Numbered from the stretch's first letter, positions 1 through 9,770 are shown. The stretch: DNA of 64,000 nucleotides from Thermoguttaceae bacterium (GCA_039698035.1 JBDKSW010000019.1:66140-130139), one strand, 5' to 3'. A program made the numbers and translations. The notes: generated by a model from the sequence alone, not told the origin.

Positions 1-936
1 GCGGCCAACCAGCAGCGGATGCAGCCCGGGCAGCATCGACGCGTGTTCGCTGCCATCAGGGATTGGCAGTCGCCAGGCCACGCCGCCAGGCAGGATCGCC
101 ACGGGCGGCGCCACGCCGTTGCGCTCCGCATTGCCGCCGAACGTGGTCCAGTCCGACTTCCGCGCGACCGGCCGCCACGCGACGCTCTCTTTCAGCATAT
201 TGCCGAGCAGCTCGACATACCGGCCTTCGCGCTGGCCGAGCCGCCCGCGAGCGTCGGGGTCCGACCGACCCAGCGCGGCCAATTCGGCCCGCGCCCGAGC
301 CGTTTCGCCCGCCAGAATGGAAACCAGCACGAGTCTTGCCCTGGCGGCAGCCAACTCGCGCGGATTGTCGGCAGCCAAGGCGACCGCTCGCTCCCAAGAG
401 GCTCGCGTGGCGGTGAAGTCGCCCGACTCGAGCGTCATCTCGCCGAGCGCCGTGAGGGCCGGCAAACCGTAACTGCTGGCCACGGCCCGATCCACGACGT
501 TCCGCAACCGCGAGCGATCGCGTTCGGCAATGGCCCGCTCGTACCACCGCCGCACTACAGGATCGACTCGCGTGCGGTAGACCTTTCGCGCCTCGGCCGG
601 CAGGGCGGCCAACTGCCGCTGACACCATTCCTGGAGTTCGACGTACCGCCCGTCGCCGAGACCGACCAGCCGGTGCCCCGGCGATTCCGAAAGCTGCCGC
701 AACCGCTCGATCGCCTCGTCCCACGCGCGGTCGCCAATCAGCGTCTTGACCCGCTCGAGCTGCCGCTGGACCGCATGGCTGGGCTGATCGATCTGAACGG
801 CCTCGGCCAGCTCGAACCGATCGCCGGGCTGCGAGCTCGTCGCCTGGGCGTCCGCCGTGTGCTGTCGTCCGCCCAACAGCAAGAGACCGCTCATGAGCGG
901 CAGCGAAAACCAGAATAGCGAGCGGCGAACGGCCAT
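1..936 (-). CDS. Secreted repeat protein, N-terminal 312 codons (signal peptide, helical/TPR-like region, probable start of a PQQ/BamB-type beta-propeller); 3' end lies outside the window
   Basis: Absent from the ORF track because it has no stop in the window. Reading the minus strand from the ATG (cat at 934-936) stays open for all 312 codons to position 1. The protein runs MAVRRSLFWFSLPLMSGLLLLGG..AQA (signal-peptide-like) ..RVDPVVRRWYERAIAERDRSRL..DWTTFGGNAERNG. Its composition is protein-like, unlike the R/A/G-rich track ORFs 19..918(+) and 56..1003(-) that overlap it. Confidence 0.6.
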   Translation of the reverse strand, partial: MAVRRSLFWFSLPLMSGLLLLGGRQHTADAQATSSQPGDRFELAEAVQIDQPSHAVQRQLERVKTLIGDRAWDEAIERLRQLSESPGHRLVGLGDGRYVELQEWCQRQLAALPAEARKVYRTRVDPVVRRWYERAIAERDRSRLRNVVDRAVASSYGLPALTALGEMTLESGDFTATRASWERAVALAADNPRELAAARARLVLVSILAGETARARAELAALGRSDPDARGRLGQREGRYVELLGNMLKESVAWRPVARKSDWTTFGGNAERNGVAPPVAILPGGVAWRLPIPDGSEHASMLPGLHPLLVGR

Positions 937-1018
937 CCCCTAAGTATAGGCAACCGGCCCGCCCCGCGACAGCCGCACCGCATTGGTTCGTGCGACTCCG
1001 CAAGGGCCGACCGAGGGC

Positions 1019-3073
1019 CTACTGCACGTCCAGCCCCATCAAGTATTCGTCGAGCGACTTCCGCTGCGCTGCCTCTTGAGCCGTCAACTCCACGATCTGC
1101 CCGCGCAACTTATCGAGTTGCCCCTCCTGGTCGCTGAACTTCTTGACGTAGCTCTTGTAAACGTCACTCTGCCGGTCAAGCTCGGCCATGTTCTGCCGAA
1201 TCCGGGCCTGGTCCTCGCCGATCTGGTTGAGTTGCTGCTCGACCTGTTGACGCCGGGCCACGGTCCGCGCGATCTCCTGCTTCCGCTCGACCACCTGCCC
1301 GAGCGCCGCCTTAACCGCGCCGCTAACAACCTTCGCGCTCACATAAAACCGAATCGTGGGGTCGTCCAGATTGCCAATCATCACCTGCTGCCGATCGATC
1401 CGCTCCTGCTGCACCGTCAGTTTGGCCGACTCGCCCGCTTTCGCCGCCACGGCGAACCGGTACCGACTCCGAGTCTTTTCCGTCGGCTTCTTCGGTTCGA
1501 CCAGCGTCCATTCCGGCTCGATCGGGCATTCGATCAACACGGTCTTCTCTCGCCTGGCCGAGTTCTTCACCGTGTACTCGACCGACCGCGTCCACTTCCG
1601 AGCCGCGATCATCGTCCCCTTCAACAACCGAACGCTCAGCAACTCCTCCGGTTGTGCTTTCCCTTGCGTCGCCACCTCGGTGTCCAGGTCCAGCCCATAG
1701 CTGATCAAGCGTTCGCCGTGAGGCGGCAGGTCCTCGATCTTGGCGTCGCCCGCATAAACGCCGCCGTCGAACACGGTGACCGGGCCTTGCATCAAGTGCA
1801 AGTCGGTCGTATTCGTGAACCGCAGGCCATACAGCGGATGCTCCGCCTGCACGGCCGCGTCGTAGATCGAGACCTTCTCCCCCTTCACCTCGGCGTTCAC
1901 GATCGGCAACATGGCCGACCGCTGCCGCGGCAAGGTGACAGGCATGGCAATGGCATACTGGAACAGGTTTCCCACGTCGCCGCCCCGAGCCGAAGCCGCC
2001 ACGCCCGCAAACCATTGATCATGGTCGACGCCATCTTCAAGAAACGCGTCGGCCGGCCGGTATGCTGGCGCCACTGCCATCTTCAGCTTTTCAGCGGGCT
2101 TTGCAGCCGCCATGCGACCGGGTGCCCTGTCATTCCGGAAAGGCCGCTCGGCCGATTTGCTCAAGTCCTGTTGATAGACCTGCGGGCGCAGCGAAGCGAA
2201 CAGCTGCAACTGCTCCGCCGGCCGCTCCAAATAGAGCGGCTCGTAGAGGTCCATCGTGAACGAAATGGGCCGGCCGCTGACCAGCGTCAGCCGCACGTTG
2301 CTCCAATCGGCCTCCGACGTGTTTTCGACGATTGCCCAGCCCTGCAAGAACGGCTTGGCGTCGTCGGCCAACACCAGGCGATACGTGGTTTTCCAGATCG
2401 GCGACTCCTGGATGTACCCGACCCGCACGCGCCGCATTCCCTTGCCCGCAAAACCCAGCTCGACCGACTTTTGATCCGCCGCATGCGACGAAGCCAACAC
2501 GGCCAGGGCCTTTCGCAGCTCGGCGTCCAGTTTCTCGTTGGCCAACTTGATTCGGATCACCGAATCCAGCGACACGCTGCGCAGTCCCCCGTCCGTCAAC
2601 AGATTGAGCACATCGACGTCAATCGTCTCATGCTCGGCAACTCGCTTCTTCCGCGTCTCAACGCCGACAATGATTCCGCTCAGCTCATTCGGCGATTCGA
2701 CCAGGACTCGCTCGCCTCGGACCTGCTGAAGAAGCTGGGCGAGCGTCGGGTTTCCTCTCAAATCAATCGAAAAGCCTTCGAGGGTCCTTGTTATCGGGTC
2801 TTTCGATCCGTACGTCACGATCGAAACCTGCCCACCGTCGAAATCCTGAACCACCATGCTCTTGAGCAGGTCGTTGATCTGGCTCGTTTTGAACTTCATC
2901 TCGACTCGGGCGTCGCCCTTCACCTGCCCGGCGTGCTCGAAGAACCCGACACCCGAACTAAACAGGACGACGCGTTGCAGAGGGAGACTGCCATCCCGCG
3001 GTTTTTCGGCCGCCTGGGCGTTCGCCACGGTCAACGACGCCAACACGACCCCGCAAATCCAAAGGCGCAACAT
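1019..3073 (-). CDS. DUF4139/DUF4140-like secreted protein with C-terminal coiled coil
   Basis: From track ORF 1019..3199. I place the start at the internal Met (cat at 3071-3073), which gives the signal peptide MLRLWICGVVLASLTVANAQA. The body (VVLFSSGVGFFEH.., SPIWKTTYRLVL.., GWAIVENTSEADW) resembles the DUF4139 family. The C-terminus is heptad-rich (QQLNQIGEDQARIRQNMAELDRQ). Confidence 0.6.
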   Translation of the reverse strand: MLRLWICGVVLASLTVANAQAAEKPRDGSLPLQRVVLFSSGVGFFEHAGQVKGDARVEMKFKTSQINDLLKSMVVQDFDGGQVSIVTYGSKDPITRTLEGFSIDLRGNPTLAQLLQQVRGERVLVESPNELSGIIVGVETRKKRVAEHETIDVDVLNLLTDGGLRSVSLDSVIRIKLANEKLDAELRKALAVLASSHAADQKSVELGFAGKGMRRVRVGYIQESPIWKTTYRLVLADDAKPFLQGWAIVENTSEADWSNVRLTLVSGRPISFTMDLYEPLYLERPAEQLQLFASLRPQVYQQDLSKSAERPFRNDRAPGRMAAAKPAEKLKMAVAPAYRPADAFLEDGVDHDQWFAGVAASARGGDVGNLFQYAIAMPVTLPRQRSAMLPIVNAEVKGEKVSIYDAAVQAEHPLYGLRFTNTTDLHLMQGPVTVFDGGVYAGDAKIEDLPPHGERLISYGLDLDTEVATQGKAQPEELLSVRLLKGTMIAARKWTRSVEYTVKNSARREKTVLIECPIEPEWTLVEPKKPTEKTRSRYRFAVAAKAGESAKLTVQQERIDRQQVMIGNLDDPTIRFYVSAKVVSGAVKAALGQVVERKQEIARTVARRQQVEQQLNQIGEDQARIRQNMAELDRQSDVYKSYVKKFSDQEGQLDKLRGQIVELTAQEAAQRKSLDEYLMGLDVQ

Positions 3074-3237
3074 GACGATGGACTCCTCGAAAGAGTGTTT
3101 TTCTGGACAGGAACGCGGCCGCCCGCGCGATGATTCTACGTCTTCGACGGGCCCGGGACCAGAAAAGTTCCCGCCAGGGTCGATCGTGCCTCGCGGCAAC
3201 GACGGCCGCCCAAGATTCCGAACGTCGCCGCCAAGGG

Positions 3238-3846
3238 CTAGGCAACCTGCCGGACGACACCGACCACGACGCCCAACACCCGGGCGTCCTTTACATAGAT
3301 TGGCTTCATCGTCGAGTTGGCCGGTTCGAGCCGAATCCGGTTTTTTTCTGGGAACCAGCGTTTCAGCGTCGCCTCGCCCTCGCCGGTGATGGCCACGACG
3401 ATCTGCCCCTTCCGCGCGGTCCGCTGCTTTTGTACGACAACATAGTCGCCGTCGGCGATCTGGTCCTCGATCATCGACTCGCCGCGCACCCGCAGCACGA
3501 AAAGGCTCTTCTTGCCCGGATCGAACATCTGCTGGAAATCGACCCGTTCGTTTTGCTCGATGGCCTCGTGCAAGACGCCGGCCGCGATGCTGCCGGCCAG
3601 CGGCAGTCCGCGCACCTCGATCGGCTCGGCCGCCAGTTGGATGGCCCGGGACATGTTGGGCTCGCGAGTGATGAGCCCCTTCTTCACCAGCGCGTCGAGG
3701 TGGCAGACGACGCCGTTGGGCGACTTGATGCCGAACTCCGCGCCGATCTCGCGCACGGTCGGCCCGTAACCGCGGTTCCGGATCTTGCCGCGAATGAATT
3801 CGTACACTTCCTGTTGCCGTTTAGTCAGGCTGTCAAACAGTCCCAT
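3238..3846 (-). CDS. lexA: LexA SOS repressor/autopeptidase
   Basis: 202 aa. It has an N-terminal winged HTH (LTKRQQEVYEFI..GYGPTVREIG), an Ala-Gly cleavage site (SIAAGVL), a Ser nucleophile motif (RGESMIE) and the downstream Lys region (TLKRWF). Confidence 0.9.
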   Translation of the reverse strand: MGLFDSLTKRQQEVYEFIRGKIRNRGYGPTVREIGAEFGIKSPNGVVCHLDALVKKGLITREPNMSRAIQLAAEPIEVRGLPLAGSIAAGVLHEAIEQNERVDFQQMFDPGKKSLFVLRVRGESMIEDQIADGDYVVVQKQRTARKGQIVVAITGEGEATLKRWFPEKNRIRLEPANSTMKPIYVKDARVLGVVVGVVRQVA

Positions 3847-3894
3847 CGCGCGCCTCGTCCTAAGCAGTTGTCTAAGAAGGCCCTCCGCGACAGA

Positions 3895-3924
3895 ATCCTA
3901 CAATATACACCCGTACATAGTCAA
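3895..3924 (-). promoter_or_regulatory. Candidate sigma70-type promoter of lexA (TTGACT-N18-TAGGAT on the minus strand)
   Basis: The reverse complement of 3895-3924 reads TTGACT atgtacgggtgtatattg TAGGAT, about 45 nt upstream of the lexA ATG. The spacer carries three TGTA repeats. Confidence 0.4.
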
Positions 3925-4031
3925 GCCCCCGCCGCCGCGGTGAATCGCGGCCGTTCCACGGACTTTGCGTAATCTATATTTGACAAGCGGCAATCCCACC
4001 TCGCCCAAGGATCAACACGCAGGTCCGAACT

Positions 4032-5402
4032 GTGATTGGTACGAAAGGCTGGCAACGATACGCACCCGCGCTGATTTGCCTGGCGACGCTGCTGGCCTAC
4101 AGCGGAGCGTTCCGCTGCCCGTTCGAGTTTGACGATGAAGGGGCCATTCTGACGAACCCGACGATCCGACACGTCTGGACGGCCCTGGTGCCGCCGGGCG
4201 ACGGATCGGCCGTGCAGCGACGACCGATCGCCAATCTCTCGCTGGCCCTGAACTATGCAATCAGCGGTGTCGACGTTTGGAGCTACCACGTTTTCAACGT
4301 GGCAGCCCACATGGCCGCCGCGTTGCTGCTGTTCGGCATCGCGCGGCGCACTTGGCCCGCAGGCGGTGCCCGGTCGGCCTTCGCCATCGCGATCCTGTGG
4401 GCCGTGCACCCGCTGTTGACCGACGCCGTCACTTACGTCTCGCAGCGGACCGAGGTCTTGGCTGGCCTTTTTGCTCTGCTCACGATCTACTGTGTGATTC
4501 GCGGCTGGAACCTCATGGCCGTGACCGCCTGCGCCCTGGCGGTGGGCAGCAAGGAGTCGGCCCTGCTCGTTCCGGTGATCGTGGTCTTCTACGACCGTGC
4601 GTTCCTCGGCAAGCGGTGGTCCGATCGCTGGAAACTCTACGCCGGCTTGGCTGCCACCTGGACGATCCCCATACTGATGCTTCCGCACGGCAACGAGGGG
4701 ACGGCCGTCTTCGGGCGCGGCGTCGAGTCGCTCGAGTACCTTCTAGTTCAGTGCGGCGTCATTGTCCACTACCTTCGCCTCAGCTTCTGGCCCGCGCCGT
4801 TGGTGTGCGACTACGGTTTTCCGCATTCGCCATCGCCGATGGAGGTCATCCCATCCCTGCTCATCATCATCGCCCTGCTGGCCGGAATCGTCGTTGCCTG
4901 GCGATACCAGCCGTGGCTGGGCTTTTTGGGCATCTGGTTCTTCGCCATCCTGGCGCCCAGCTCCAGCATCATCCCCGTTGCGCAGCAAGTCGCTGCCGAA
5001 AAGCGGATGTACCTGCCGCTGGCCGCCGTGGTCGTGCTCGCAGTGGTCGTCGCTCGGCGAATGCGCTGCCCCGGCTGGCTTGCCGTGCCGGCGGTGGTCC
5101 TGCTCACCGCCCTGACATTCCAGCGCAACCTGGATTACGAAAGCCCCGTGACGCTCTGGGCCGACACCGCGACCAAGCTGCCGCAAAACGCCAGGGCATG
5201 CAACAATCTGGGTGTCGCGCTCGGCCGAGAAGGACACTTCGAGGAGGCCGCCACGTTCTGCCGCGCGGCCATCCGGCTCGACCCGAACTATGCAGACGCC
5301 TACAACAATCTGGGCATCGCGCTACACAAGCTGGGCAACCGCAATCAGGCGTCCGCCTGCCTTCGCCGCGCAAGCCAGCTTTACTCGCGGAACAGCAGGT
5401 AG
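4032..5402 (+). CDS. Multi-pass membrane protein with C-terminal TPR repeats (PMT_2/DUF1736, TMTC-like putative glycosyltransferase)
   Basis: 456 aa with a GTG start. The N-terminus reads ..LLAYSGAFRCPFEFDDEGAILTNP..RRPIANLSLALNY..VWSYHVFNV. About 9 hydrophobic segments follow. The C-terminus has TPR motifs (ACNNLGVALGREGHFEEAATFCRAAIRLDPNYADAYNNLGIAL). It is a paralogue of 11859..13814. Confidence 0.7.
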   Translation: MIGTKGWQRYAPALICLATLLAYSGAFRCPFEFDDEGAILTNPTIRHVWTALVPPGDGSAVQRRPIANLSLALNYAISGVDVWSYHVFNVAAHMAAALLLFGIARRTWPAGGARSAFAIAILWAVHPLLTDAVTYVSQRTEVLAGLFALLTIYCVIRGWNLMAVTACALAVGSKESALLVPVIVVFYDRAFLGKRWSDRWKLYAGLAATWTIPILMLPHGNEGTAVFGRGVESLEYLLVQCGVIVHYLRLSFWPAPLVCDYGFPHSPSPMEVIPSLLIIIALLAGIVVAWRYQPWLGFLGIWFFAILAPSSSIIPVAQQVAAEKRMYLPLAAVVVLAVVVARRMRCPGWLAVPAVVLLTALTFQRNLDYESPVTLWADTATKLPQNARACNNLGVALGREGHFEEAATFCRAAIRLDPNYADAYNNLGIALHKLGNRNQASACLRRASQLYSRNSR

Positions 5403-5459
5403 ATCGGACGCCTTCGCGCCCGATGGCCGTTCGCCGGACGACAAACCAACCGTTGCGAT

Positions 5460-6044
5460 TTAGGCTTGCGACGGAAAGCGTTCCCGCACGGCCGTGCGAA
5501 CTTCCTCGAGCCAGCCGCGGCGCTGCTCCGCCGTGCTCATGATGATCGACTCGAAGTTGCGTCGCTGAAAATCCGTGATGCCGCAGAAGCCGAAAACACA
5601 CGTCTTCCAAAGATTCTCGAGTGGATCGCCGAACAGCCGCAATTCGTCTTCCCGAGGCGTGTTCGAGGTGGTGAACACCAGCGCCCGGCGGCCCGCCACT
5701 AGCGATTCGACGCCGCTGGGACCGAAGCGATAGATGACGCCCTGCCGCCAAACGCGGTCGATCCAGCCCTTCAAGATAGCCGGCGGCATGGCCCACCAGT
5801 TCGGATGCACGACCAGATAACCGTCGGCCGTCGTCACCTCGCGGCAATGCTGGGCGACGATCGGGTCGAGGGAGCTGTTGCGCGGAATTTCGTCGTGCGG
5901 CAGGATCGGGTCGAACTTTTCGGCGTAGAGATCGTGGAAGACAACCTCATGTCCGGCCGCCTTCAACGCCTCGATCGCCGTCGCGGCAATCGCGTGACAA
6001 AAACTACCCGGATGCTGATGGCCAAGCAAAACAAGGATTTTCAT
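5460..6044 (-). CDS. NAD(P)H dehydrogenase (quinone)/flavodoxin-like fold (Flavodoxin_2) protein
   Basis: 194 aa. MKILVLLGHQHPGSFCHAIA.., VVHPNWWAMPPAILKGWIDRV and ALVFTTSNTP are typical of NQO/KefF/MdaB-like FMN reductases. Confidence 0.7.
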   Translation of the reverse strand: MKILVLLGHQHPGSFCHAIAATAIEALKAAGHEVVFHDLYAEKFDPILPHDEIPRNSSLDPIVAQHCREVTTADGYLVVHPNWWAMPPAILKGWIDRVWRQGVIYRFGPSGVESLVAGRRALVFTTSNTPREDELRLFGDPLENLWKTCVFGFCGITDFQRRNFESIIMSTAEQRRGWLEEVRTAVRERFPSQA

Positions 6045-6074
6045 CGGGTGACCCGTCGCAATTCCCAGTCTCCA

Positions 6075-8279
6075 CTACCTCACGTCCATGTCGCAACTGA
6101 CGCCGCCGGCGGCCGGCAGGTAGCACTTGTGGACATAGTCGGCCACCATGCGGTCGGCACTGAATCGCCAGGCCAGCGAACTGATCGAGTTCATCATCCG
6201 CTTGATCCAGTGGCCCGGCAATCCGTCCACGTCGCGATCGTAATAAAGCGGAATCACCTCTTCGATCAGCACGCGGTACAGGTCGGCCGTGTCCCGGGCA
6301 TCGGTCACCCGCTCGTCCACGTGCGACGTGCCCTTGCCGATGGCGAACCCGTTCGTACCGTCGTAGGCCTCGGCCCACCAACCGTCAAGAATCGACAGGT
6401 TCAGCGCGCCGTTGAGGACCGCCTTTTGACCGCTTGTGCCGGAAGCCTCCAACGGACGCCGAGGGTTGTTCAACCACACGTCCACGCCCTGAATCAGGTG
6501 GCGACAGACGTTGATGTCATAATCCTCGACGAAGGCGATGCGACCGGCGAATCGCGGATCGTGCCGGAGGTTGGCGATTTTCTGGATCAACTGTTTGCCC
6601 GGCTCGTCGGCCGGATGGGCCTTGCCGGCAAAGATGATCTGCACGGGCCGCTCGGGGTCGTTGATCATCTGATCCAACCGATCCGGATCGTTCAGGATCA
6701 TCGCGGCCCGCTTGTACGTCGCAAACCGGCGTCCGAAACCGAGCGTCAAAACGTTCGGATCGAGAATGTTCCGAGCTGCCTCGACCGCCTCGTCACTCTC
6801 GCCGCGACGCCGGCACTGGCGGCTAGTCCGGCGGCGAACGAAGGCCAGCAAAAGGTTTTTCAGGGCGTAGTGCGTTTCCCAAAGCTCGCCGGGATCGATG
6901 TCGTGGATACCCTGCCAGACGTCCGGCTCGCCCATCCGACGCATCCAATTTGCCGGGAAATAGCGGTCGTAAAGCTGCTGCATCTGCCAGGCGAGCCAAC
7001 TTTCGATATGGACGCCGTTGGTGATGTGACCGATCGGGATTTCTTCCTCGACGCGCCACGGCCAGAGGTGGGCCCACATCCGCCGCGTCACGTGCCCGTG
7101 CAGATTGCTCACGGCATTCGCCCGGCGAGACAGCTTGAGGCCGAGCACCGTCATGCAGAATGTCTCGTGCTCGTTTTGCGGCTCGACCCGTCCGAGCCCC
7201 ATCAATTGCTCGGTCGAAATGCCCAGCTCGTCGCGCAGCGGTCCAAGATGCTCCTCGATCAGGTTGCGATCAAACCGGTCGTGTCCGGCCGGCACGGGCG
7301 TGTGCGTCGTGAAGACCGTCCGCTGCGCAACGTCGCGCAGGGCCGTGTCAAAGCTCATGCCGTCGTCCTTCATGCGGACCCGAATGGCCTCGATCGTCGC
7401 AAACGCGCTGTGCCCTTCGTTCAAGTGATAGACGCCCGGATGAATACCCAAGGCGCTGAGCGCCCTCATGCCGCCGACGCCGGCCACCATTTCCTGCCGA
7501 ATGCGCGTGCGATTGTCGCCGCCGTACAGCCGGGCGGTCAGCTCGCGGTCCTCGGGGCTGTTGCTCGGCACGTCGCAGTCCAACAGATAGAGCCGCACGC
7601 GACCGACGTTCATCAGCCAGACCTTGGCAAGCAGCCGGCCCTGCCGCGTATCAATCCGAACCGTGATCGGCTTCCCGTCTGGCCCAAGCGCGGGCGTCAT
7701 CGGCAGATTCTCGACCTTCGTGTCGAGATACTCCTCGCTCTGCCAGCCGTTGATGTCCAAGTGCTGCTTGAAATAGCCCTGATCGTAAAACAGGCCGACC
7801 GCAACCAGCGGGACGCCCAGGCCGCTGGCGCTTTTGATGTGGTCGCCCGACAACACCCCAAGGCCGCCCGAGTAGACCGGAATCGACTCGTGAACGCCAA
7901 ACTCGAGCGAGAAGTAGGCCACCGGCTTGCTGCCTAAGACGCCGGCGTGCGTCCGCCCCCAAGACGGCGTTTCAGCGACATATTCCTTCAACCGGCGATA
8001 CGCCTGATTGATGCGACTGTAGAGGACCAACTCGGCCGCCCGCATCTCCAATCGCTCGGGCGTGAATTCGGCCAACAGGGCGATCGGGTTGTGGTCGAGC
8101 TGGCGCCAGCGGATCGGATCGAGATCACGGAAAAGGTTGATGACCTCGGCGTGCCAACTCCACCAAAGGTTTCGGGCCAACGCAACACACTTGTCGTACT
8201 GCGTTTCAGCCGTAAGTCCAAAAGCCGCAGTTCGTTGCGGCAAGTGCATCGGAGGCGATTCGACCGGGCTCATACACAC
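6075..8279 (-). CDS. glgP: Alpha-glucan (glycogen/maltodextrin) phosphorylase, GT35 alpha-glucan family
   Basis: 734 aa. Motifs are LARNLWWSWH, YFSLEFG, YSGGLGVLSGDH, HLNEGHSAF, FTTHTPVPAGHD and the PLP-lysine region EASGTSGQKAVLNGALNLSILDGWW. The start could be any of three N-terminal Met codons. Confidence 0.85.
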   Translation of the reverse strand: MCMSPVESPPMHLPQRTAAFGLTAETQYDKCVALARNLWWSWHAEVINLFRDLDPIRWRQLDHNPIALLAEFTPERLEMRAAELVLYSRINQAYRRLKEYVAETPSWGRTHAGVLGSKPVAYFSLEFGVHESIPVYSGGLGVLSGDHIKSASGLGVPLVAVGLFYDQGYFKQHLDINGWQSEEYLDTKVENLPMTPALGPDGKPITVRIDTRQGRLLAKVWLMNVGRVRLYLLDCDVPSNSPEDRELTARLYGGDNRTRIRQEMVAGVGGMRALSALGIHPGVYHLNEGHSAFATIEAIRVRMKDDGMSFDTALRDVAQRTVFTTHTPVPAGHDRFDRNLIEEHLGPLRDELGISTEQLMGLGRVEPQNEHETFCMTVLGLKLSRRANAVSNLHGHVTRRMWAHLWPWRVEEEIPIGHITNGVHIESWLAWQMQQLYDRYFPANWMRRMGEPDVWQGIHDIDPGELWETHYALKNLLLAFVRRRTSRQCRRRGESDEAVEAARNILDPNVLTLGFGRRFATYKRAAMILNDPDRLDQMINDPERPVQIIFAGKAHPADEPGKQLIQKIANLRHDPRFAGRIAFVEDYDINVCRHLIQGVDVWLNNPRRPLEASGTSGQKAVLNGALNLSILDGWWAEAYDGTNGFAIGKGTSHVDERVTDARDTADLYRVLIEEVIPLYYDRDVDGLPGHWIKRMMNSISSLAWRFSADRMVADYVHKCYLPAAGGVSCDMDVR

Positions 8280-8427
8280 CTACTACTCGGATGGGGGAGA
8301 AAATCCGTCCAAACGCGGACAGAATATTATAGCCGTCCCTCAGGAACGAGACGACCCCAGTTGCTATCGACCGCGGAACAGCCCTAGCTCCGATATTGCC
8401 AGAGGCCGTTTCTTGGGCGACGTGCGG

Positions 8428-9606
8428 CTAGCTTCGCCCACCGGCCGGCCCTTCGATCCAACCGCCGCCCAGCACTCGGTCCCCCTGGTAACAGACGGCC
8501 CCTTGACCCGGGGCCACGCCGTAACACGGCTCTTCGAAGCAAACCCGGAAGCGACCGCCGACCAACCGCTCGACCCGCGCGTCGACGGCCGGGCTGCGAT
8601 ACCGAATCTTGACGGAACAAGAAAACGGGCCCTCGGACACCGCGACGTCCGGCCAGTCGACCAGCCAGTTGGCCTCGGCGGCGAACAGCTCGGTTCGCGC
8701 CAGGTCTTCGCGTGTGCCCATCACCACGCGGCGGCTGTCCGGCTCGATCCGAACGACGTAGCGCGGCTCGCCAAACGCCACGCCAAGCCCCTTCCGCTGG
8801 CCAATCGTGAATTGCTCGAACCCGCGATGATGGCCAACAACCGCGCCGTCCGTGGTCACGATCTCGCCCGAGCTGTCGAGGCCGCCGCGACGTTGGCGAA
8901 TGAATCGGGCGTGATCCTGGTCGGGCACGAAGCAGATTTCCTGGCTGTCTCGCTTCGCCGCCACGCGCAGCCCCAGCCGCGCGGCCATCCGTCGGATCTC
9001 CTCCTTGCGATGCCCGCCCACGGGAAACATCAGCCGTGGCAAGAAGGAACGCTGGATCCCGAACAGCACGTAGGACTGGTCCTTGGTCGCATCCAAGCCA
9101 CGGCACAGCGCGACCTGCCCGTCCGCCGTCGGCAGGAGCCTCGCGTAGTGGCCCGTCGCAACATACTGGGCCCCGAGTTGGTCGGCGTAGTCGAACAGGC
9201 GGCCGAACTTCAACCACGTGTTGCAAACGATGCACGGGTTCGGCGTCCGTCCGGCAACATATTCCCTGACGAAGTACTCGACGATCCGATCGAACTCGGC
9301 CTGGAAGTTCACGACATAGAAAGGGATGCCAAGCATGTCGGCCACCCGACGGGCATCGGCCGCGTCGGCCGCCGTGCAGCAGCCCTGCTTGCCGCAACTG
9401 GCTTGCTCGGAACTTCCCTCGCCCTCCCTTGAGAGAGGGCCGCATGGACAACTGCCATCGCCGGCCGGCGGGAGAGGCGGCTGAGGCGAGGGCTGCTGCC
9501 CATGCCGCATGAAGACGCCGACCACGTCGTGCCCCTGCTCGCGCAGCAGCCAAGCCGCCACGCTGCTGTCCACGCCGCCCGACATTGCCAGAATCACACG
9601 AGCCAT
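8428..9606 (-). CDS. mnmA: tRNA 2-thiouridine(34) synthase MnmA, with a Pro/Cys-rich insertion
   Basis: PP-loop MARVILAMSGGVDSSVAA. It also has CTAADAADARRVADMLGIPFYVVNF, TPNPCIVCN, ATGHYAR and KDQSYVL. I chose the Met at 9606; the alternative is 9624. Confidence 0.85.
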   Translation of the reverse strand: MARVILAMSGGVDSSVAAWLLREQGHDVVGVFMRHGQQPSPQPPLPPAGDGSCPCGPLSREGEGSSEQASCGKQGCCTAADAADARRVADMLGIPFYVVNFQAEFDRIVEYFVREYVAGRTPNPCIVCNTWLKFGRLFDYADQLGAQYVATGHYARLLPTADGQVALCRGLDATKDQSYVLFGIQRSFLPRLMFPVGGHRKEEIRRMAARLGLRVAAKRDSQEICFVPDQDHARFIRQRRGGLDSSGEIVTTDGAVVGHHRGFEQFTIGQRKGLGVAFGEPRYVVRIEPDSRRVVMGTREDLARTELFAAEANWLVDWPDVAVSEGPFSCSVKIRYRSPAVDARVERLVGGRFRVCFEEPCYGVAPGQGAVCYQGDRVLGGGWIEGPAGGRS

Positions 9607-9770
9607 CAGCCGACACCACCCCATGAGCCGCCGGATTCGCCATCACACCTGCCAGGCAAGCTCGAAATGCCTTCCACGTCGCTCCGCGCCCCAGCAACCA
9701 TTAAAACCGCCCTGCCGTCTCGCTGGCAAGCGGACTCTCGTCTCGCCTATCCACGCCGTGCGGCGGGGAA

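Noticed and set aside
19-1003. Track ORFs 19..918(+) and 56..1003(-)
   Set aside because: Both are R/A/G-rich junk. The third minus-strand frame, open from 936 to the window edge, encodes a plausible signal-peptide protein and is the real gene.
983-3133. 716-aa plus-strand ORF, with similar long antisense ORFs at 5805-7937, 19478-21913, 27009-28643, 36145-37998, 53054-55135 and 60034-61266
   Set aside because: Each is the mirror frame of a gene with strong family signatures (DUF4139, glgP, ABC/FtsX, rpoD, kinase, fnlA/fnlB, FemAB-like). All have low-complexity R/P/G/A/L composition. I treated them as high-GC artefacts.
3980-4008. TTGACA at 3980-3985 as the promoter of the TPR membrane protein gene
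   Set aside because: At 17-nt spacing the -10 would be GCCCAA, so no acceptable -10 hexamer exists. It was not reported as a feature.
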